A DNA stretch of 64,000 bases, from the IMG/VR virus record IMGVR_UViG_3300005439_000017, positions 1-64,000 of that record. One strand, 5' to 3'. This stretch comes from a virus (taxonomy: Duplodnaviria; Caudoviricetes). The position numbers and the translations under genes are program-made. Of the stretch, positions 47,610 to 55,933 are shown in pieces. The notes beneath the pieces were generated by a model that worked only from the letters and a program-made list of their open reading frames with translations, did no database searches and was not told the DNA's origin. The stretch's first letter is position 1, and every line of letters starts with the position of its first letter.

Positions 47610-48000
47610 TAAACATAAATTCGATTATTGGCTGCATTTTGGAAGCTTCTATCGACTCATTAATTAGATCTAGCCTATTACTATCTTTAACTTTAAAAGG
47701 TATAAAATCTACCTCAAAAGCCATGAATTCTTCTTGGATTTCAGTCAATAGTCTAATAGCCTCTGGTTCATTTTCTCCAAATTGATAGGTATTTTCACTG
47801 ACTTTTGGATTATTAGCTTCATCTCTTTCCACCAGCTTTTCTATTACTTCTTGTCTTTGTCTATCAAAGTCTTCAGCAATAGGGGGAAGAATTCTTTCGA
47901 TTTTAATCTTGTTTTTAGCTAATTCATACCAAATTGGTGTTTTATCATTGGATAACGAATCAATTGATGCTTTTAATCTTAAAATGTCTTTAATCTGCAT
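47599..48000 (-). CDS. acidic helical protein, possibly a tail assembly chaperone (133 aa)
   Basis: Probable start MQIKDIL at 48000, just downstream of a -7 promoter element (the track start at 48051 overlaps the upstream gene). Confidence 0.5.
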   Translation of the reverse strand: MQIKDILRLKASIDSLSNDKTPIWYELAKNKIKIERILPPIAEDFDRQRQEVIEKLVERDEANNPKVSENTYQFGENEPEAIRLLTEIQEEFMAFEVDFIPFKVKDSNRLDLINESIEASKMQPIIEFMFNDD

Positions 48001-48016
48001 ATTATTTTGTTTTATA

Positions 48017-48048
48017 CAAATATACGAAAAATTATCCACATCCGCAAC
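48017..48048 (-). promoter_or_regulatory. Bacteroidota-type promoter
   Basis: TATATTTG at 48024-17, with a partial -33 (GTTG, 48048-45) at a 20-nt spacer. Confidence 0.5.
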
Positions 48049-48865
48049 CACAATCTGAATTATTACACAATCTATTAACCAGATCTATAGTCTTTTGAGC
48101 ATCTATGTACATTCCTGAAGCATATTGTGCTCTTGCTCCTCTTATCAGGGTATATAATCTCATGCTCAACATTATAGAATCGTTTTCACAATCAGAGCAA
48201 CATGTATCAGCAGTAGCTATTAGCTTTTGTTCGCAACACTCAGCATTATATGTATTTAAGAACATATACTGGATTGTAGAGCCAATATAAGGGGTCTGAG
48301 CAACTATATTGCTTAATCCAGTATAAGGCTTAATCAATTGAAAGGTAGTTGAACTAAGCCCTTGTAATACCTGATATGGAACACCATCTATTCTTATAAA
48401 AGTTCCAGCTGTGTATTTAGCAGCTAATTGGCTACTAGAACAAGTTACTATTGTACTTCCAGTAGATATAGAATAGTTGCCTAAAGTACTAAGAGTACTC
48501 CATATATAGTAATTAAATTCATATATACCATCAGATAACACGTTCTGGCCAGATGTTGTAAGACTCAATGTGGTACTATCTATAGCCAATATTGAAGTAT
48601 TAACAGGTATCCAATTAGATCCTGAACTGTAAGATAGAGTTACTACAGTCTTATTAGGAATTGTGATTAATATATCTGTTATATCAATCTTATCTGGTTT
48701 AGTAGCATTAGTTGTGCTTTTAGACACATTTAAATTATTCCTAGTAGTAACACCATTCCAATAATTAACACTATTAACTATGTTATCTACAGGAGTATTA
48801 TCACTAAGACTAATGACTTTGCCGTCTGTTGATATGGTTCCTGATAATTGTATTTCTAAAGTCAT
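48032..48865 (-). CDS. virion structural protein (277 aa) with Cys-rich C-terminus
   Basis: Ig-like S/T-rich body (LSDGIYEFNY); C-terminal CCEQKL..CCSDCEND...LCNNSDCGCGCG. Confidence 0.6.
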   Translation of the reverse strand: MTLEIQLSGTISTDGKVISLSDNTPVDNIVNSVNYWNGVTTRNNLNVSKSTTNATKPDKIDITDILITIPNKTVVTLSYSSGSNWIPVNTSILAIDSTTLSLTTSGQNVLSDGIYEFNYYIWSTLSTLGNYSISTGSTIVTCSSSQLAAKYTAGTFIRIDGVPYQVLQGLSSTTFQLIKPYTGLSNIVAQTPYIGSTIQYMFLNTYNAECCEQKLIATADTCCSDCENDSIMLSMRLYTLIRGARAQYASGMYIDAQKTIDLVNRLCNNSDCGCGCG

Positions 48866-49248
48866 TACTTCTTTTTTGCAAAAAATTGACCTACATATTT
48901 GAATATGTCAATTCCTGTTATTTCTTTTAAATTCTCTCTCAAACTTTGTACTTCAGCAGCAGCTATTATAAACACTACTACATCTACAAAAGGTACCTTA
49001 CTACCATATCTATTTTGTAGCATAAGTTCCAAACTATAAGCAACTAAAATAGCTATAAAATATCCGACAGTAGTCCATCCTTTAGTTATTATTTTGTGGC
49101 TAACTATACCTTCTTCAGTTTTATGGCCCTTTATTAACCCTGTCACCCAATCTGCCAGAGATAATGCTCCTACCACCCATAATATATCAATTAAAGGAGT
49201 AAAGAATGTAACAATAGCCCCTAATATATAAGCTAAATATTTGTTCAT
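48865..49248 (-). CDS. holin (phage holin 4 / toxin-secretion family)
   Basis: Three hydrophobic segments; ADWVTGLIKG...SHKI...AEVQSLRENL motifs; basic C-terminus. Confidence 0.8.
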   Translation of the reverse strand: MNKYLAYILGAIVTFFTPLIDILWVVGALSLADWVTGLIKGHKTEEGIVSHKIITKGWTTVGYFIAILVAYSLELMLQNRYGSKVPFVDVVVFIIAAAEVQSLRENLKEITGIDIFKYVGQFFAKKK

Positions 49249-51188
49249 TATGGTTCATATGTTGCTAAACGGTTGCTAATATTTAAAATTTGTTCGGCTG
49301 TAGCTTCTACTAATAGAAACTGCTCAGATAGCATAACACCACCAAATACATCTGTAGGATTTCCTGTAGCTGTTCTAACTTGATTTAAAGAGAAAGTTAA
49401 AGCTCCAGTATTTACTGTATTTTTTAATTCTCCATTCAGATAAGCATTTTGCTCTAAACGCAAACTCATAGCATAAATGTTATATACTGTTTGATCATCA
49501 GTTTCATAGTATCTGTCTACAAAAACTGAACCATCAGTTCTATAAGCATATTCCGTGTTTTGAGGAGTAGTATTTAGAACACCTGCTGTAACAAATGGAA
49601 CAGTACTTAAAGAACTAGCTAACATGCTTGGTGCTCCAAAAGCTGGAGTATCTATATCTTTACATTGAACTATAAGTGTCATAGGCATGCCAGTACCTGT
49701 AAAATACGTATCTGAAAAGACAGTATTTATTCCATCATTTATACTATAGGTTGCAATTACTACTCCCGAGTCAACCGAATAGGCTGGTGCATTTGTTACA
49801 AAGTTTCTGGTTATTGCTGTATTCATATCATAAATCTTTACAAAATTTCCAGAGCTTTCGGTATATCCTGTTATCTGAGGATTTGTAAACCCAAATACTT
49901 TCTCGAAGTAATCTTCTGTTTCAAGATCTAATTTACTACCTTTTATATATTCGTTTATTGTATCCCATGTTATTGTGCCACCATCTTTATCAACAAAAAC
50001 AAAATGGTTCATAGCCTGACCATCATTCGCTATTGTATTACTATTAGCTGATGTATTAGCTCCTTGGTATGCTCTTACTCTAATATAATAGTTAACAGGA
50101 GTATTATTAAAAAATCTCGAAATAATATTGCCCATTTTATTATACCCAGCTGGACTGGGGTGAATTCCATCTATGGTGTCAATTCCTGCTTGAGCACTTT
50201 GTTGCGTTATTCTACTCCTTCTGTACATATCCCAACATTCTAGTCCGTGGGCATTGGCTCTTTCCATTATAGCGTCTACGTAATCTGTAAACGGTATAGC
50301 GTATGGATAATCGGAGCGTTCTATAGGAGTTGTAAGTATTATTCTAGCATCAGGATAAGAAGCTTTTAAACCCTCTATAATTTTGTTTAATCCCCCATTA
50401 AATTCATATTCGTCTGTGCTTGTTGGTGATCCAATAGGAATTTGATATCTATAATCATTTTCTCCTCCGGACAATATAATTATTCCTTTTCCTGTAGCTA
50501 CATCTGTATATCTATTGCACATAGAAAATGTAGAGTCTCCTACATCTACTCTAGCAATAGTACTATCAGGAATTCCTAAATTCTGTATTGGATAAATGTG
50601 GGTCCCATTAATAACCTGAGAGTAAGCACTATCTGCTTCCCACAGATAGATAATAGAATCTCCTATCCAACTAATACCCCAATATACCTCCCACCAATCT
50701 TGAATAGCAGTAATTAGCGCTGCTTGTGGTCCAGTTGCACCACCATTTGCAGCAATAGAAACAATATTTGATGATGTTGAAACATCTGTTACAGATAACA
50801 AATTTTCGCTGTTATTTATTACACCTTCGCCTTTTATTTCTCTGTATAACCTGCTTATGAGATTTTTCTGTGTATCGTTAAATACATCTCCTGCTCCTTC
50901 TTGTGCTAATATAAATACTGATGCGTCTGGGTCGTATTTATCTATTGTAGTTGTTAGTACATTTCCTACATCTTTGTTGTTGTAACCTGGAAGAAATTGA
51001 GTAAAAGCAGCATCCCATGCTACATCAACACGATAACCACCAACTCCAATTACAGCAGCCCAGTTTACATCGAAAGTAGTTTCTGTAATATTATTAGATA
51101 TGGATTGCGAAGGAGCTGGTATTACAACTCCTCCTGACAATGCCTTTCTAACGTTCTTATCTAACCCTGTTCCTAAGCCTAATTTCAT
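49248..51188 (-). CDS. tail-associated protein: FN3 domain split by an SGNH/GDSL hydrolase, plus C-terminal beta domain (646 aa)
   Basis: FN3 strands TTFDVNW...GYRVDV...VGNVLTTTI (aa ~24-84) and YYIRVRAY...SANSN flank WIGDS, GGEND and DGIHP (SGNH blocks). Confidence 0.75.
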   Translation of the reverse strand: MKLGLGTGLDKNVRKALSGGVVIPAPSQSISNNITETTFDVNWAAVIGVGGYRVDVAWDAAFTQFLPGYNNKDVGNVLTTTIDKYDPDASVFILAQEGAGDVFNDTQKNLISRLYREIKGEGVINNSENLLSVTDVSTSSNIVSIAANGGATGPQAALITAIQDWWEVYWGISWIGDSIIYLWEADSAYSQVINGTHIYPIQNLGIPDSTIARVDVGDSTFSMCNRYTDVATGKGIIILSGGENDYRYQIPIGSPTSTDEYEFNGGLNKIIEGLKASYPDARIILTTPIERSDYPYAIPFTDYVDAIMERANAHGLECWDMYRRSRITQQSAQAGIDTIDGIHPSPAGYNKMGNIISRFFNNTPVNYYIRVRAYQGANTSANSNTIANDGQAMNHFVFVDKDGGTITWDTINEYIKGSKLDLETEDYFEKVFGFTNPQITGYTESSGNFVKIYDMNTAITRNFVTNAPAYSVDSGVVIATYSINDGINTVFSDTYFTGTGMPMTLIVQCKDIDTPAFGAPSMLASSLSTVPFVTAGVLNTTPQNTEYAYRTDGSVFVDRYYETDDQTVYNIYAMSLRLEQNAYLNGELKNTVNTGALTFSLNQVRTATGNPTDVFGGVMLSEQFLLVEATAEQILNISNRLATYEP

Positions 51189-51502
51189 TATATATTATTA
51201 TATAATCTTACTGTTCCAGAACTCATGGAAATGGAGGTCAGCTTTATAAAATATAATACAGTTCCTGCTGGTAGTGTTATACCTTGTAGTGCTTGATAAG
51301 AATCAACACTTTCTCCTTCGGCAGTGATTGTGGTTATTATAGAATCTGTTACTACTTGTAGTACGGTATATGATAAATTCTCATACAAACCTGTATCTCC
51401 ATCTGCTATCGTTACTATATTTCCAGCTCTTCCGAATGCTTTATCGTTTCCTGTACTAACTACTTTTAGTATATTGCTTGATATTTTCTCTAATAGTGTC
51501 AT
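51188..51502 (-). CDS. small virion protein (104 aa)
   Basis: GITLPAGTVLY...ISMSSGTVRLY beta-rich motif common in phage tail/head-fibre small proteins. Confidence 0.55.
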   Translation of the reverse strand: MTLLEKISSNILKVVSTGNDKAFGRAGNIVTIADGDTGLYENLSYTVLQVVTDSIITTITAEGESVDSYQALQGITLPAGTVLYFIKLTSISMSSGTVRLYNNI

Positions 51503-51939
51503 TATTCTGCGTTTACTATGTTTCCTGGTGCGTTTACTTCAATAACTTCATATGTTACATACAGATCTACTTTAAGGTCTCCTCCTGTCGGATTACCTGT
51601 ATTAGAAGATAGATATAACGCCTGATTAGGATAGAATTGATCTTGATCTGTTCCTGGTAGAACTTTAATAAATGTTTGCCAACATTCTATACTAGCTATT
51701 AATCCTAAGAAATCAACAGAAGATTGAAACATTGGGGCTCCTCCTGGTGATACAGATAATTGAAGATTAGTCGTATAGGGTAATCCTACTGCGAGAGGGT
51801 CGTAATATACTCTAGCTATTATTGATATAGGATTTATTATCTTGTTTGCTCCGGGAGCAGGGATAAGCGCTATCGGAGAGTTCAATATACCACAACTAAG
51901 TAGTTGGGTATCTGTTAGTTCGAATTTTTTGGTTATCAT
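51502..51939 (-). CDS. virion protein, tandem paralogue B (145 aa)
   Basis: Shares ITKK, SP..LIPA.G, VYY, PYT.NLQLSV, GAP.FQS, FLGL and YVTYE.I with the upstream ORF. Confidence 0.65.
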   Translation of the reverse strand: MITKKFELTDTQLLSCGILNSPIALIPAPGANKIINPISIIARVYYDPLAVGLPYTTNLQLSVSPGGAPMFQSSVDFLGLIASIECWQTFIKVLPGTDQDQFYPNQALYLSSNTGNPTGGDLKVDLYVTYEVIEVNAPGNIVNAE

Positions 51940-52367
51940 TAAATATTTACTGTTTTATTATCTGGTTGTGTATCTATAATCTCATAAGTTACATATATAT
52001 TTACTGGTAAAGTACCAGTGGTTGGATCTCCAGATACACAATATAGTACTATAGGATCATTATCAATAGCTTGATTAATATCATTTCCTATAGCTGTTGG
52101 TATGAAGTACTGTCTACAAAAAGTTGTAGCTGTTAATCCTAGAAATTGTGACATTGATTGGAATATTGGTGCCCCATCTGCTCCAACAGAAAGTTGTAAA
52201 TTTGACGTATAAGGTATAGCTGACGGTGTGTTGTAATACACTTCTCCCATAACAGATAGTACGTGTATTAGCTTACCTACCCCTGCAGCAGGTATTAAAA
52301 TAACTGGAGAACTATTACAAGATTGAATATCGGAATAAGATATATTTATCTTTTTGGTAATTACCAT
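51939..52367 (-). CDS. virion protein, tandem paralogue A (142 aa)
   Basis: Same shared blocks as paralogue B; TAATG-coupled. Confidence 0.65.
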   Translation of the reverse strand: MVITKKINISYSDIQSCNSSPVILIPAAGVGKLIHVLSVMGEVYYNTPSAIPYTSNLQLSVGADGAPIFQSMSQFLGLTATTFCRQYFIPTAIGNDINQAIDNDPIVLYCVSGDPTTGTLPVNIYVTYEIIDTQPDNKTVNI

Positions 52368-52906
52368 TATTTTCCGTCTATTTTAAAATATAATGTAAAA
52401 GTTATATCTGTTATCGAGCCTGATGTGTTTTTTAGTTGAAAATTGTATTGACCGTTTGCAACAACTTCGGAAGTAGGATAATAAGTAATCGTTGTAGGAT
52501 CTACATCCGACGCACCCCAGCTTGTTAATGTTGAAATAAAAATAGTATCTAAACTTATGAAAGAATTAAAAAGCGTTATACTCACAATATCATCTATAGG
52601 AACAGTGGGGAAGTACCACGTAATTCTGCCACTAGTCTCATTAAAAGTAATCGTAGGATCATCAGCAGCATCTAGAAAATTATCTACGTACTTATCTGAT
52701 TTAGTATCTGTAACGACCTTTAATGTGGCTGGATTCACTATAGTGTCTGTTGATGTTCCAGTATCTACTTCTGCTTGTGACGCAAATGGTAGACTTGAAT
52801 TTAGAAATGGAAGAAAATACTCCCATCTAATACTTCTTGGTGCTCTTGAGTTATTGAAGGACAATAGAATACTGTCCTGACTTGATAGGTTTTTTACATC
52901 TGCCAT
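52367..52906 (-). CDS. fibre-related virion protein (179 aa)
   Basis: ASQAEVDTGTSTDTIVNPATLK matches the tail-fibre repeat AxQAEVxxGTxxxxxVxP. Confidence 0.55.
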   Translation of the reverse strand: MADVKNLSSQDSILLSFNNSRAPRSIRWEYFLPFLNSSLPFASQAEVDTGTSTDTIVNPATLKVVTDTKSDKYVDNFLDAADDPTITFNETSGRITWYFPTVPIDDIVSITLFNSFISLDTIFISTLTSWGASDVDPTTITYYPTSEVVANGQYNFQLKNTSGSITDITFTLYFKIDGK

Positions 52907-52920
52907 TATTGTAATTATAT

Positions 52921-52961
52921 AAAAATAAGGAAATCAGGGATTTCTCCCCGAGATCCTTATT
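52921..52961 (-). terminator. intrinsic terminator after the 421 aa capsid-associated gene
   Basis: Minus strand AAUAAGGAUCUCGGGGA-GAAA-UCCCUGAUUUCCUUAUU-UUU: a long stem with a GNRA loop. Confidence 0.65.
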
Positions 52962-52974
52962 AGTAATTTAAAGA

Positions 52975-54240
52975 TTAAAGACCGGCTCCTGTAAACCTAT
53001 TAGGTGTGGTAGCTACCCAAGCATTCAGACAAGTTTGAATAGTTGTCAGAGCTGTAGCATTAGCCAGTTTGGAAGGAATAGCAATAATAGTCTCTTGGGG
53101 CCTTGTAGCATGACCATCGGTGTAGGCACGATCGAAGATTGCATCATGAGTGATTACTATTGTATTGTAGCTTTCCTCTTTAGAGAAATCACTAGAAGAG
53201 AAAGCAGATCCTGAAGCTGTAATTGCAACAGTTGCCCCTACAAATGGTTCTGTAATTGTAAATGCTGATGTATTAGTACCATCATTTGTAACAGAATCTA
53301 TTGTATAGCGAACACCTTGCACCCAAATCGAATCACCTGCTTGCAGTAGAATACCAGCAATATCGCCAGTAGTTGTACCAACAGATACTGAGTTCTGAGT
53401 AAAGTTAATCGTACCAGTAGCACTTGTAGAAGTGAAGGTAGAATTAGGTTGGTTTACAATGAAATCAGTAATTGTTTTTGGCAGCCAGATTCTATTCAGA
53501 TATCCTTGATATCCTTGTGAATAGTCTTCAATTTCTTGAAGTTGAGCTATAGTGTTAGTACCAATATAGTTGTCTACATCATAGGTAATCGGAGTAGTAT
53601 TCCAGGCTTCACTAGTACCTACTCTGAAGAAATACTTAGGGTTTTTACCTTTTAGTTTTATGCCCCACGCTGTTGCGCTTGTTAAACCATTAGTGCCAGT
53701 ACCATTACCTATAACAGATGCTGATACAAATGAATCAGGATCGTTATTAATGGCAGTTACGAAGTATGTAGCAATCTCAAGCTGAGTCGCAGAACTATCT
53801 GATGGGTAATTATACCTTTTCGGTACTTGCCTAATTTCTTTCTCTGCTTGATCAATTACTGACAATTCATATTCAACGCCAGAAGTAGCAACGATATCAC
53901 CAGTACCTGTTGCCAGAGTCTTAGGTGAGCCTGCTGGATGTAATCCCACATAAGTAATTTGATTTCTACCAGAGATAAATTTCTGACCTTTATACCCAGT
54001 AACACCAACACCTATGACAGGGAAGGATACAATGTTGCCTATTTTAACATCAGAGCTATTTACAACTCTTTGTACGATATTAATACTAGGACTGTTTACG
54101 ATTGTTTCAGCAGCTCCTAGCTGTGTCCAATCTTGTTTAAATGCAGCGATTCCTCCATCAGGAAGTGTACTTGTAGTTAGGCCAGAGGCTGCTACAGCTA
54201 CATCTTTTGATACGAGCAATCTAAACACTTTGTTCATCAT
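52975..54240 (-). CDS. crAss-like auxiliary capsid / structural protein (421 aa)
   Basis: T/S/G-rich beta protein three genes downstream of MCP and followed by a terminator, as in crAss-like capsid modules. Confidence 0.65.
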   Translation of the reverse strand: MMNKVFRLLVSKDVAVAASGLTTSTLPDGGIAAFKQDWTQLGAAETIVNSPSINIVQRVVNSSDVKIGNIVSFPVIGVGVTGYKGQKFISGRNQITYVGLHPAGSPKTLATGTGDIVATSGVEYELSVIDQAEKEIRQVPKRYNYPSDSSATQLEIATYFVTAINNDPDSFVSASVIGNGTGTNGLTSATAWGIKLKGKNPKYFFRVGTSEAWNTTPITYDVDNYIGTNTIAQLQEIEDYSQGYQGYLNRIWLPKTITDFIVNQPNSTFTSTSATGTINFTQNSVSVGTTTGDIAGILLQAGDSIWVQGVRYTIDSVTNDGTNTSAFTITEPFVGATVAITASGSAFSSSDFSKEESYNTIVITHDAIFDRAYTDGHATRPQETIIAIPSKLANATALTTIQTCLNAWVATTPNRFTGAGL

Positions 54241-54265
54241 TAGTTTTTAATTTAATTGTTATTTA

Positions 54266-55117
54266 TTATTCTTGTCCTTGTAAAAGGGCGGAATTCGTTG
54301 GAAAACGTTTGGATTCTATATCTTCTAATGCTATATTAACAGCAATATTAACTATCTCAGCATGAGTATGTTCTGGCAATTCACAATCTATACTATTTAG
54401 TACAACTGTACCGATACCTGTGAAATTAGGATTTTGAGCTATGAAAGTCTGCCCTACTGTCAATACTACTCCGTTATGAGTAATAGAGGCAGAAGCGACT
54501 CTGTAAAGCTTCCCAGGTATTAACCCTCCACTTAATACTATTGTATTTGTTGAAAATGTTATAGTAACTGGTCTTTTTAGATAAGTGAGATAATAGCTGC
54601 CTATAGTGAATTTACCAAATGTCAAGGCTTGTATCTTATTTCCCATCATTAGTCTTGAGCCAAAAGCTTCAGTAGAAGCTGAGGGATCTGGTATTGCAAA
54701 CGGATCATCCTTTGTGACAAGATATTCATTGCTGGTTATACCAACAAATCCTAACCTTGTTGCCTTGTTTTCTTCGTTACAATCAACGTAATTGACTTCT
54801 GCTTCTTCCTGCCAAGCAAACCAATAATCTGCTGGTAAATCGAAGAAAAAGCCATTTGGTTTGGCACCTGCTTGACTAGCTGATAGAGATAAGATCGTAT
54901 CAGGTATTAATATTGTCCTAAGATCGTCTGTTCTTTTCTGAGTTTCCTCGAAAGTAGTCTTTAGAGTATTATTACCTGATAGTCTTACTTTAACATATCT
55001 CTCCTGAGATCTGTTTAAAAAGATGTCTATTTCTTCAGGCAGTATGTTCTTGTAGTAATTAGCTTCAATTCTATCAAGAAGTACTCTAAAGTTTATATGC
55101 ATCTCGTTAACAGTCAT
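54266..55117 (-). CDS. crAss-like ring / head-tail structural protein (283 aa)
   Basis: MTVNEMH..F...LD.......LPEEID.FLN..Q...VK and ELPEHTHAEIV..AV motifs. Confidence 0.7.
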   Translation of the reverse strand: MTVNEMHINFRVLLDRIEANYYKNILPEEIDIFLNRSQERYVKVRLSGNNTLKTTFEETQKRTDDLRTILIPDTILSLSASQAGAKPNGFFFDLPADYWFAWQEEAEVNYVDCNEENKATRLGFVGITSNEYLVTKDDPFAIPDPSASTEAFGSRLMMGNKIQALTFGKFTIGSYYLTYLKRPVTITFSTNTIVLSGGLIPGKLYRVASASITHNGVVLTVGQTFIAQNPNFTGIGTVVLNSIDCELPEHTHAEIVNIAVNIALEDIESKRFPTNSALLQGQE

Positions 55118-55878
55118 TAGATTTTAGTTTCCTCGTTTTTAAGTTTCAGAGCCTTTAAAAGGTCTGATTTCTTTGGATTTTTAAGGTTATTTAGAGTCAG
55201 ATTAATATCTGCACCCATCATATCCTCTCCATAGTAATATGCACCATTTTTGATCTTGAAGATCTTTTTCTGTACCAAGTCTTCAATAAGAACCCTCATA
55301 GTCTTATCTTTATCTTCATAAAGTTTAATAAACTGATCAGTTTCTTTCTCTGCTTTAGCTTTAAGAGTCCTTTTAATAACAACAGGTTTCATATTGTAGG
55401 TTTTGTACCCAAACAGTTTAAGGAAATCTGATTGTTCTTCTGAACTCATATCTGCAAGATATTTGTAAGCCATGAGTTGATTATCGAATTCTCTAACCTC
55501 TTTTTCAGCTTCCAAAGTCTCATTATACATGATATAAATCGACCAAGGTTTAATCTTATCTCTAGACTCTGCTATATCTCTCTTTGATCTTAGTACCAGA
55601 TATTCAAGTTTCTGTGCAGGGTCTGTAAGATCAAATGTTCTTTCTTTGTTAGTCATTACTACTGCAAACTCATTCCAGAATACAGATTCAGGACTCAAAT
55701 CCAGATTTAACTTTTGTCCTAGCTCGTCAGCCTCTTCTTTAGTGAGACCTGTTACTTTCTTACCTAACTTATTTCTTCCGATTGAATACCAGCGCCTACA
55801 GTTAGGATAAACTCCAAATTGTGTTCTACCTTTGGATGGTAGTGGTTTTACTATTACTATTTCTTGTGTATTTTGCAT
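55117..55878 (-). CDS. conserved crAss-like protein downstream of MCP (253 aa)
   Basis: Synteny; FDLTDP..KLEY and helical C-terminal half. Confidence 0.6.
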   Translation of the reverse strand: MQNTQEIVIVKPLPSKGRTQFGVYPNCRRWYSIGRNKLGKKVTGLTKEEADELGQKLNLDLSPESVFWNEFAVVMTNKERTFDLTDPAQKLEYLVLRSKRDIAESRDKIKPWSIYIMYNETLEAEKEVREFDNQLMAYKYLADMSSEEQSDFLKLFGYKTYNMKPVVIKRTLKAKAEKETDQFIKLYEDKDKTMRVLIEDLVQKKIFKIKNGAYYYGEDMMGADINLTLNNLKNPKKSDLLKALKLKNEETKI

Positions 55879-55887
55879 AAAATTTTA

Positions 55888-55916
55888 TTTAAAAGGGGCA
55901 ATATTTCATGCCCCTA
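55888..55916 (-). terminator. intrinsic terminator after the major capsid gene
   Basis: Minus strand AGGGGCA-tgaaatat-TGCCCCT followed by TTTAAA. Confidence 0.65.
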
Positions 55917-55933
55917 ACTATTTTTTTTTTCTT

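Noticed and set aside
45478-52906. Diversity-generating retroelement or invertible cassette in the fibre genes
   Set aside because: No reverse transcriptase, recombinase, template/variable repeat pair or inverted repeats were seen.
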